Positions 1-7,210 of a stretch of 23,598 nt of DNA are shown here, piece after piece. The notes beneath the pieces are model-generated. The model made no database searches and was not told the origin of the DNA. It saw only the letters and a program-made list of their open reading frames with translations. Position numbers and translations under genes: made by a program. This DNA is from an uncultured bacterium. Its GTDB lineage: Bacteria; Abyssobacteria; SURF-5. The stretch is from the NCBI GenBank assembly GCA_964607485.1, contig CAZSKP010000058.1, positions 1-23,598 on the forward strand, read 5' to 3'. The stretch's first letter is position 1. Each line of letters opens with the position of its first letter.

Positions 1-1
1 T

Positions 2-433
2 CTCTGGAGACTTCAAGAATTCGCAGTGCGCTCCGTCTCCGCATCCAAGGTCAAGAGTCAACTCATAGTCTCTCGAGTGCGCCATGCGTCTCACCGCATG
101 GTGGCCATGGTTCTGGACGTAGGAAACAATCCCCCTTGTTTCATAGAAATAGTCGTATGCTTCTGCGAACATCTCATTCCATTTTCTATATGCGGGATCG
201 TCATACATACGAGGCATCCGCATCGCGCCATTCCCGAGCATGTCGGGTATACGATCTGTCACGGAATATTCGCTGCTGCAGTTTTCGCAGGTCAATTTGT
301 CCTCTTCAACAGTGATGGTATCAGAGCCACATCGTATGCATTTCAAAATTGCCAATATGTTTTTGGGGATAATTTCATTCATGGCCCTGGCATTGCTCTC
401 ATCATGGACAATCATCTTTTCCATCAAACTCAT
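2..433 (-). CDS. Trm112-like Zn-ribbon fused to class I SAM-dependent methyltransferase (partial, runs off left edge; absent from ORF track)
   Basis: Manual translation of the minus strand from ATG at 433 is open to the window edge: MSLMEKMIVHDESNARAMNEIIPKNILAILKCIRCGSDTITVEEDKLTCENCSSEYSVTDRIPDML...ELTLDLGCGDGAHCEFLKSPE. It shows CxxC...CxxC followed by YxVxDxIPxM (Trm112-like) and SAM motif I LDLGCGDG. The start could also be 424, 415 or 382. Confidence 0.85.
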   Translation of the reverse strand, partial: MSLMEKMIVHDESNARAMNEIIPKNILAILKCIRCGSDTITVEEDKLTCENCSSEYSVTDRIPDMLGNGAMRMPRMYDDPAYRKWNEMFAEAYDYFYETRGIVSYVQNHGHHAVRRMAHSRDYELTLDLGCGDGAHCEFLKSPE

Positions 434-474
434 CTCTTGTCGATATCATACCGAGGGACATCGTGCGCATTCTT

Positions 475-1392
475 CTAAACCTTTTCCGCTATAACTCCCA
501 TTGCAGCTGTGTTGCCAACGGCTTTCTGGATCATGACCACCGGAAGGAAGAATAGCATCAGGAAGGGATAAAACCACGCCCTTCCTTTTGAAGTCCTAAT
601 ATTCCATCTAGAGACGATGTAATTCTGCAGTCCAAGAGCCCATCCGAAGATGTTCAGTGTCTGTTCAACTCTCTTCACACTGAAATGTGTCGATGCAAGC
701 AGCATTTCGAGGGTTTGAGGCGAAAAAAGGTATGTATGTCTTGGGTAATGAAGGCCACCCCAAAACTTGCCAAAAATTCGGAAGTCCAAGCAACTCGAAT
801 TCGGCGTTTCGATGTAAATCTTTCCTCCGAGCTTCAGCAAACGGTAAGTCTTTTCCAACAGCTCTCTTGGGTTGGGGACATGTTCGATGAGGTGGTTCAT
901 GATAACCAAGTCAAAGTAATCCTCGGGAAGTTCGGCCGTCTCAAGTACACTGTGGATGATGTTGCGCCCGAGTTTTCTGCCGGCCGCAACCGCCTCTTTC
1001 GTAAGTTCGACGCCCATGGCATCCCATCCTTCTCTATAGGACGACAAGAGCCCAATGAGCTCGCCGTCGGAGCAGCCTACGTCGAGAATGTTTGCCTCTG
1101 GACCTATGACTGAGTCGTAGAATTTGAGCATATTCCGGTTATAGTGGGCAATAAGAGCCGCTCGTATCCGGCTCCCGCTCTTGTCCGAGCTAATATTCGC
1201 GTAGTCCTCTTTCGGGTAAAAGGATGCAAGTTCATCCTGTTTAGGCATAGGTTCAAGCCTTAACAGACCGCACCCAGCACATCTAATAATCTTCAGAGGC
1301 GGACAGGGCAAGCCGTATTCGTAGTCAGCCATGGCATCGTACTGCATCCTGAACTCTTCGGAGCGGCAGACGATACATGCCTGCGTAGCCAA
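475..1392 (-). CDS. Class I SAM-dependent methyltransferase with N-terminal Zn-ribbon (Methyltransf_23-like)
   Basis: N-terminal CIVC...CAGC; motif I ILDVGCSDG; FDLVIMNHLIEHVPNP; LKLGGKIYIETPN; PRHTYLFS. The TTG start directly abuts the upstream stop codon (TAA|TTG). Confidence 0.9.
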   Translation of the reverse strand: MATQACIVCRSEEFRMQYDAMADYEYGLPCPPLKIIRCAGCGLLRLEPMPKQDELASFYPKEDYANISSDKSGSRIRAALIAHYNRNMLKFYDSVIGPEANILDVGCSDGELIGLLSSYREGWDAMGVELTKEAVAAGRKLGRNIIHSVLETAELPEDYFDLVIMNHLIEHVPNPRELLEKTYRLLKLGGKIYIETPNSSCLDFRIFGKFWGGLHYPRHTYLFSPQTLEMLLASTHFSVKRVEQTLNIFGWALGLQNYIVSRWNIRTSKGRAWFYPFLMLFFLPVVMIQKAVGNTAAMGVIAEKV

Positions 1393-2454
1393 TTATGACC
1401 TCTCGTTTCTCATGGTAGGTTCTTTATCGGGAGTCATCATGGGGTGTTCGTCGTAATTGAGGGGGTACTTACCAGACTTGTACGCCGGCGCCAGGTAATT
1501 GTCGATATAGTGCCGATCCTCCGCGGTGAGGCAAACGCTGCTGTCTTTGGAGAACTGAGAGAAACGTCCCATCCTTGCCCAGATCTTCGCGAGAGGTTCT
1601 GTTAGAACGTTTCCAAAACTTATCGGGTTAACCGAACAGCCGATAACGTCGCCCAGATTCGTTATACCTATCTTTTCCTTCCCGCCCGGGCAGCGCTGCT
1701 TCAGGAAATAGGACATGGACCAGTCGAAAGTGAGTCTTGAGTATTTCTTAAGGAGGTTTCGCACCTGATCGTGTTCCGCAGGAGACAAAATGCCCGAATG
1801 TTCGGCTAAACCCACAGCCGCTACCTGGCCGCCACTTGCGTTGTAACCGTGCTTGGTGCAAAATTCGATGACATCAATGCCGTCCTGTATGCGTCCTGGA
1901 AAGAATACCGGACAGAGACCGGTTATGAGACCAATATCCTTGGCGTCCTCAAGATTGGCCATTACTTTTCGGAAGTGACCCCTTCCACGTATTTTGTCGT
2001 TCGCTTCTTCATTCATGCTGTCGAGGCTGAAATAGATGGAGTTGAGGCCCGCAGACTTAAGTCCCTCGAGCTTGTTCTTAGTAAGAAGGATTCCATTAGT
2101 TACCATGTTCACGAAGTAATGGCGCGCGCTGAAAACGCTTATGAGATCAGAGAGTTTCTCATAGAGAAGCGGTTCCCCCCCGAGAATTGTTATGGCGATA
2201 GCGCCAAGTCTTGCGCCCTGATCGGCGATCCTCTCGTAGTCCTTAAGATCGAGCTCTTTTCCAGTTTCAGATTTGTATTTTTCCACAGAACACATCTCAC
2301 ATGAAAGATTGCACTTGAAGGTTGGAAATAACTCTATAGTCTTTAACGTGTTCTTTCCTAAGACGTGAGCGCGTAGAAACCCCCTTAAGCTGCGAAAGAA
2401 GACCCACGGATTACCTAATATCCAGATATTCGATGTGTAGTTTTTTAAAATCAT
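1393..2454 (-). CDS. Radical SAM protein with C-terminal SPASM/twitch-like domain
   Basis: CxxxCxxC motif (CNLSCEMC), GGEPLL, VTNG and SLDS motifs; C-terminal CPGG...GDVIGC...FGNVLTEPLAKIW...VC. Start placed at ATG 2454 (the ORF track extends to a TTG at 2508). Confidence 0.9.
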   Translation of the reverse strand: MILKNYTSNIWILGNPWVFFRSLRGFLRAHVLGKNTLKTIELFPTFKCNLSCEMCSVEKYKSETGKELDLKDYERIADQGARLGAIAITILGGEPLLYEKLSDLISVFSARHYFVNMVTNGILLTKNKLEGLKSAGLNSIYFSLDSMNEEANDKIRGRGHFRKVMANLEDAKDIGLITGLCPVFFPGRIQDGIDVIEFCTKHGYNASGGQVAAVGLAEHSGILSPAEHDQVRNLLKKYSRLTFDWSMSYFLKQRCPGGKEKIGITNLGDVIGCSVNPISFGNVLTEPLAKIWARMGRFSQFSKDSSVCLTAEDRHYIDNYLAPAYKSGKYPLNYDEHPMMTPDKEPTMRNERS

Positions 2455-2632
2455 TCTGAGAAGGATTTTGGAAACACGTTCGCTTTGTGCGCCAGTTCGC
2501 GGGAGCACAAGATCTTCGTCAGTATATCACAAACGCCTCTGAGATAATAAGTCCCTGCGATGACATTACTCTGCATCTTGCATAGAGGTATAAGGAAATT
2601 TTTGGACACTCCTATCGCCTGCCATTCGGTTG

Positions 2633-4552
2633 CTATGCGGGAGGTTCTATTTGAAACGCTTCCGCCCACATCTGCCACAGGATTAAGACCATGATCTGCT
2701 TGTCGTACACAAGCGGGGAGCGTTTTCGGTTGCCGACGAGTTCTCGGACGATTTCGCCATTCCACCATCCGGCTGATTTTGACTCTTGATCCAAGAGATA
2801 TTTGTTGATGAGCTGCTGATAAGGTTTTTCGAAAATCCCGGTGAGCGGCATCATAAACGCTCTCTTGACATTGTCCGACCGTTTGTAGATTCGCCGCCGG
2901 GCGGTTCTGCGTATCATGTATTTGTTTTCTCCCCGTGTCTTAAGCCTAACAGGCAGGCGGGCGCAGAATTCTACTATCCGATGGTCGAGAAACGGCACGC
3001 GTCCCTCGATCGAATTTCCCATAGTCAGTCGGTCCTGCTTGAACAGAATATTATCCGGGAGCCAGGCATCGAATTCTTGTCTAATTAGTCTGTTGAAAAA
3101 GTGACGGTCATTTCGTCTCATATTGAGTCTAAGCCTGTTCTCCCATTCTCGCTCCCCCAATTCGGCAAGGCGGTTCTTGACAGCAGGCGCCAGCAATCTG
3201 CTCTTTTCCTCCGGGGTGAATACTGAAGCGAAATTCAGATAGCTCTTGACCTCATCGTTGGCGCATTGTAACAAGCCGACCAAGCGCTCTTTGCCCTTTA
3301 GTCCCATCGAAGCCGGGTAGTTGAACCAGAAGTCGAGGAGCTTCACCGGGAAGAGCGAAGCGACCCTTGCCAATAAACTCAGCCCCCAAGGGGAAAGCAA
3401 TTCACAAGCTCTATGCAGCTTCTCCAGACTTCTCTGATGCACGTATCCGCCGAGAAGCTCGTCTCCCCCCTCACCCGTCAGAACAACCTTGACCGAATGC
3501 TTTGCATGATGAGACAGGAAAAAAGTGGGAAGTATCACTATGTCACCAAAAGGCTCGTCTAAGTACCAGACGATTTCGTGAAGCCTGGAAAAGTCCTCCG
3601 CTCTGACAATAAAATCCTTGTGCGAGGTCTGGAAATGGTTCGCCACCTTTTGCGCCGAGCCGAGTTCGTCCATCTCGGTTCCAAATCCGATCGAGAACGT
3701 TTCGATGGGATTGTGCTCAAGTTGATGCATCAGGCCTGTGATCGATGTTGAATCCACCCCGCCGCTCAAGAATACGCCCAGGGGAACATCGCTTATCAAC
3801 CGCTTCTCAACTGAATCCTTCAACAGATCATAGAATCCTTCCTCCCATTCTTGCGGTGACACGGTGTCGTCGATATCAAACTCGAAATCCCAATACCTGG
3901 TCATTGCTGTCTGACCGTCGCGGATCAGCATGTAATGCGCGGGGGGAAATTTTCTGATGTGCTCAAAGATTGTATCTGGTCCGGGAGTATACCGAAAGGT
4001 AAGGTAGCTGTCGAATGCGCCGAAATTGATGTCACGCGGGAATCCGTCACATTCGAGCAGAGCTTTTATTTCCGACGCGAACGCAAAGGTTCTTTCCGAA
4101 TCGCAATAGTAAAGGGGCTTAATTCCCAGCCGGTCTCGTGCGAGAAATAGCGTCTTATCTGCCTCATCCCAAATGGCAAAGGCAAACATGCCGTTAAACC
4201 TATCCAGACATTTCGCTCCCCACTGTTTGTATGATTTCAGAACAACTTCCGTGTCGCAGTTCGAGCGGAAGCTGTGTCCGTTCTTGGTGAGTTCTTCTCT
4301 GATAGTTCGATAATTGTAGACCTCACCGTTATAAACAATCCACATCTTCTTATCGTCAGAGGCCATAGGTTGGTTTCCGGAAGCTGAGAGATCTAATATG
4401 CTGAGCCGGGTATGTCCTAACCCAGCGGGTTCTCGGCAGTAAAATCCTTCAGAGTCCGGCCCGCGATGTCTCAGAGAATCAGCCATCCTCTTGAGTGTCC
4501 GGGTGTTCACCGGACTACCATCGTAATTTAGCAATCCCACTATGCCACACAC
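2633..4552 (-). CDS. asnB: Asparagine synthase (glutamine-hydrolysing)-like amidotransferase, probably acting on a glycan
   Basis: N-terminal MCGI (Ntn catalytic Cys), HRGPD, NGEVYN, ARDRLGIKPLY, PP-loop SGGVDS, TGEGGDE, EGRVPFLD; 639 aa; GTG start. Confidence 0.95.
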   Translation of the reverse strand: MCGIVGLLNYDGSPVNTRTLKRMADSLRHRGPDSEGFYCREPAGLGHTRLSILDLSASGNQPMASDDKKMWIVYNGEVYNYRTIREELTKNGHSFRSNCDTEVVLKSYKQWGAKCLDRFNGMFAFAIWDEADKTLFLARDRLGIKPLYYCDSERTFAFASEIKALLECDGFPRDINFGAFDSYLTFRYTPGPDTIFEHIRKFPPAHYMLIRDGQTAMTRYWDFEFDIDDTVSPQEWEEGFYDLLKDSVEKRLISDVPLGVFLSGGVDSTSITGLMHQLEHNPIETFSIGFGTEMDELGSAQKVANHFQTSHKDFIVRAEDFSRLHEIVWYLDEPFGDIVILPTFFLSHHAKHSVKVVLTGEGGDELLGGYVHQRSLEKLHRACELLSPWGLSLLARVASLFPVKLLDFWFNYPASMGLKGKERLVGLLQCANDEVKSYLNFASVFTPEEKSRLLAPAVKNRLAELGEREWENRLRLNMRRNDRHFFNRLIRQEFDAWLPDNILFKQDRLTMGNSIEGRVPFLDHRIVEFCARLPVRLKTRGENKYMIRRTARRRIYKRSDNVKRAFMMPLTGIFEKPYQQLINKYLLDQESKSAGWWNGEIVRELVGNRKRSPLVYDKQIMVLILWQMWAEAFQIEPPA

Positions 4553-4636
4553 AGAGAATCTCTTGCCTTCACTAACAAAGAATTCTATCTAATCATTCAA
4601 GAATATACATATCGACAAGACGGTTTTGGCCTCTCG

Positions 4637-5506
4637 CTAGTCGCGCTTTCTCTTGTCCGACTGGCGGAGCAGTGCTATCTGTTCGGCCAGCAACCCAAAT
4701 ACAAAAGTCAAGAAGCTCGTTTGGAGTACCAGCAGGCTGAAGTTGCCGATTTGGTTGCGTGTCAGCAACTGGTAAAGAGCTGACAAGAATCCGAAGCCGA
4801 ATATCACAAGGGCCAAGGGGATGAATATGCGAGCGGGATGAAAGAGCATTATCACCCGTATGATTATGTTGATGAACCGCATTCCATCCTTGAGAGAGCT
4901 TATACCGCTTGCACCCTTTTTCCGCGCGGAGATATCGTCTATTGGCACGAATTTCACGAAGTAACCGGCCCCGAGCAATGCCAAAGTGATCGTAGTGGGG
5001 TAGGAGTATCTCTGCGGATACATGTCGAAGAACTGCATAAAGCAGCGCTTCTTCACCATTCTGAAACCGCACGTAAGGTCGGGAATATCGTACCCCGAAA
5101 TCCTGGAGGCGGCGGACCTCAGCAAGAAGTTTCCTAAGTTTCGAACGAGATCGGTCTTGGACTTCTCGGTCCGTGTTCCCACAGCCATATCATAGGCCGG
5201 ATATTCAGTGAGGAGGTCGGGGATTTTCTCAGGCGGGTGCTGACCGTCTGCGTCCATGAAGACCAAAATTTCGTGCTTGGCGTTCAGCGCGCCGGTCTTC
5301 ACGGCTGCGCCGTTGCCCAGATTATAGGTATGTCTTACGACCTTGGCTCCCGCCTTCTCAGCGACTTCCTTTGTGCTGTCGGTGGAGCAATCGTCCACGA
5401 CAATGATTTCCCAATTGGGATTGACAGCGCGAATCCGATTGATGACCTCTCCAATAGATTCCTCTTCATTGTATGCCGGCATGATCACCGTAAGGTCATT
5501 GATCAT
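4637..5506 (-). CDS. GT2 glycosyltransferase, DPM1/polyprenyl-phosphate glycosyltransferase-like, with two C-terminal TM helices
   Basis: VIMPAYNEE, VVDDCSTD, NLGNGAAVKTG, MDADGQH, DLTCGFR; two hydrophobic segments near the C-terminus. Confidence 0.92.
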   Translation of the reverse strand: MINDLTVIMPAYNEEESIGEVINRIRAVNPNWEIIVVDDCSTDSTKEVAEKAGAKVVRHTYNLGNGAAVKTGALNAKHEILVFMDADGQHPPEKIPDLLTEYPAYDMAVGTRTEKSKTDLVRNLGNFLLRSAASRISGYDIPDLTCGFRMVKKRCFMQFFDMYPQRYSYPTTITLALLGAGYFVKFVPIDDISARKKGASGISSLKDGMRFINIIIRVIMLFHPARIFIPLALVIFGFGFLSALYQLLTRNQIGNFSLLVLQTSFLTFVFGLLAEQIALLRQSDKRKRD

Positions 5507-5507
5507 C

Positions 5508-6959
5508 CTACTCTCCCCGTGCTATGAAATCCAGAACGTTGGTGGCCGCTATGCTAACGCGCTTTATGTCGTCCAAACCAGTGATCTGCCGCTTTATGGA
5601 TTTAAGCAAGTACGCAGGCCTCAGGTAGAACTTCCTGTATGCATAACGCGGCATCTTGTCAAGTTCCTCTCTAGTGAGCGAGGTGTAATATTCGTTGAAC
5701 AGGCCCTGTTCGTGGAGCTTGGAGAGGTCGGACGCCGAGCCATCGCCTATCTCGGGGTGAATTTTTCTGATCTCCTCGAACAGAGGCGTTCCGGGATACG
5801 GCGTGCAAATGCCGAAGGTTGCGGTTGCGGGGTCAAGCCGCTTCACGTATTCAAGGGTCTCTTCCAGGGTCTCGCGTGTTTCTCCGGGGTTTCCCAGCAT
5901 GACGTGGGCATGGGACCTTATACCGGCATTCTTAAGCCAGCCGAACACCTTGTATGCCTGGTCGATCTTATAGCCCTTCATCATACGGTCAAGGATCTCC
6001 TGCACACCGGATTCGATTCCAAGCTTTATTGTGTGGCAACCGGCCTGCTTTGCGAGGTGTATCGTATCCTCGTCGATCATGTTGACCCTCGCGTTTGCAA
6101 GCCACGTGATGTCAAGCTTGCTGCGTATTATGTGTTTAAAAATATCGTGGTCTCTTTTCCTATTGACAAAGAAAGTGTCGTCGCGGAAGTAAATCTCTCT
6201 TATGCCCTTGCTGATGAAATATTCGATTTCCCCTAAAACGTAGTCTGCCGATTGGAACCTCAGAATTCTGCCATCGAAAAGCGGCGCAGTGCAGAAAATG
6301 CATTTCCCCGGGCAACCGCGGCTGGTTGTCGTGGTCATGTAAGGCGTGCGCTTGACTATAGGATTGAAATAGTCGATCCCCTTCGGGAACAAGTCTATAT
6401 CGGGAAAAGGTAGGGTATCAAGGTTTTTGATGTGCGGGTAAACCTCGTTGATTACCGGTTCTCCGTTATCGTTCCTGTAGCCGATTCCTTTCAGGTTCGC
6501 GTAATCCTTATCGTCGGATACTAGTCGTACCAGCTCTCTGAATATGTACTCCGGCTCATGCCTGATGATAATATCCGGCCCTTTGTGGGCAAGACAATAG
6601 GTAGGCATAAAAGTGGGGTGTGACCCAAATATGACCGTCATCAGGTTTGGGTTGGACTTTTTCAGCTCGAGCAGGTAATTTGCGTCCTCGACAAAACTCA
6701 TCGTAGAGGTGGAGATGACAACCATGTTGTAATTCTTGATCTTTTCCTTCATCTGATCAGGAGGGATCTGTTCGGCCTGAGCATCCAGAAAATCAGCATC
6801 ATGGCCGTCCTGCCTCAATATGGTTGTGAGGATGACAAGGGTAAAGGGTGGCACTGTGGCCCCGCCTATTCGCTTGCCTTTGCACCAACAACCGTAAAGG
6901 ACGTCCCTGACGACATTCTTAGTCACGGACGTCATGGGATTTAGGACCAAAACTTTCAT
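5508..6959 (-). CDS. Cobalamin (B12)-binding domain radical SAM protein (class B methyltransferase/BchE-HpnJ-like superfamily)
   Basis: N-terminal B12-binding-like region (VIFGSHPT, LDTLPFPD); TSRGCPGKCIFC (CxxxCxxC); FRDDTF; GIESG; GNPGET; TPYPGTPL; RBS AAGGGAG. Confidence 0.92.
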   Translation of the reverse strand: MKVLVLNPMTSVTKNVVRDVLYGCWCKGKRIGGATVPPFTLVILTTILRQDGHDADFLDAQAEQIPPDQMKEKIKNYNMVVISTSTMSFVEDANYLLELKKSNPNLMTVIFGSHPTFMPTYCLAHKGPDIIIRHEPEYIFRELVRLVSDDKDYANLKGIGYRNDNGEPVINEVYPHIKNLDTLPFPDIDLFPKGIDYFNPIVKRTPYMTTTTSRGCPGKCIFCTAPLFDGRILRFQSADYVLGEIEYFISKGIREIYFRDDTFFVNRKRDHDIFKHIIRSKLDITWLANARVNMIDEDTIHLAKQAGCHTIKLGIESGVQEILDRMMKGYKIDQAYKVFGWLKNAGIRSHAHVMLGNPGETRETLEETLEYVKRLDPATATFGICTPYPGTPLFEEIRKIHPEIGDGSASDLSKLHEQGLFNEYYTSLTREELDKMPRYAYRKFYLRPAYLLKSIKRQITGLDDIKRVSIAATNVLDFIARGE

Positions 6960-7039
6960 TTAACTCCCTTAGCTCGGAGTAACGCCTCCGCGAGCACGCA
7001 TAATAATAGTGTTACGTTGTTCTCATGCGAAATTATTCC

Positions 7040-7210
7040 TCAATCCAGTTCGCGTATGCTGAAGAATCTTGAAGAAGCGTGATATCCCTCCTCTTTTTTT
7101 CGCGATATGAAAAGAAACACCGACACTCTTCTGAAAAGTCTGGCAAATATCGCAAAGCGCCCAAGCGTCATCATATACAACCTGAGAAGAAGGAGCTGTG
7201 ACGTAGTCAT
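7040..7210 (-). CDS. Unannotated 56-aa basic amphipathic microprotein
   Basis: MTTSQLLLLRLYMMTLGRFAIFARLFRRVSVFLFISRKKEEGYHASSRFFSIRELD*. The ATG overlaps the upstream stop (ATGA at 7207-7210), AGGAGG lies 10 nt upstream (7221-7226), and the ORF fills most of the intergenic gap. It is shorter than any ORF listed in the track. Confidence 0.75.
   Translation of the reverse strand: MTTSQLLLLRLYMMTLGRFAIFARLFRRVSVFLFISRKKEEGYHASSRFFSIRELD

Noticed and set aside
26-478. 150-aa + strand ORF
   Set aside because: It is antisense to the partial Trm112-methyltransferase gene, which has clear motifs.
2607-2619. ops/JUMPStart-like GGCGATAGGAGTG on the minus strand
   Set aside because: It deviates from the GGCGGTAGnnTG consensus and lies mid-operon rather than in the leader.
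2633-4552. AsnB homologue as a lasso-peptide cyclase
   Set aside because: It has an intact N-terminal Cys glutaminase domain, and no lasso B1/B2 (RRE/peptidase) genes or lasso-like precursor are seen; the glycan context fits an amidotransferase.
6960-7039. Cobalamin riboswitch upstream of the B12 radical SAM gene
   Set aside because: Only about 80 non-coding nt remain once the 56-aa ORF is counted, and no B12-box is recognisable.
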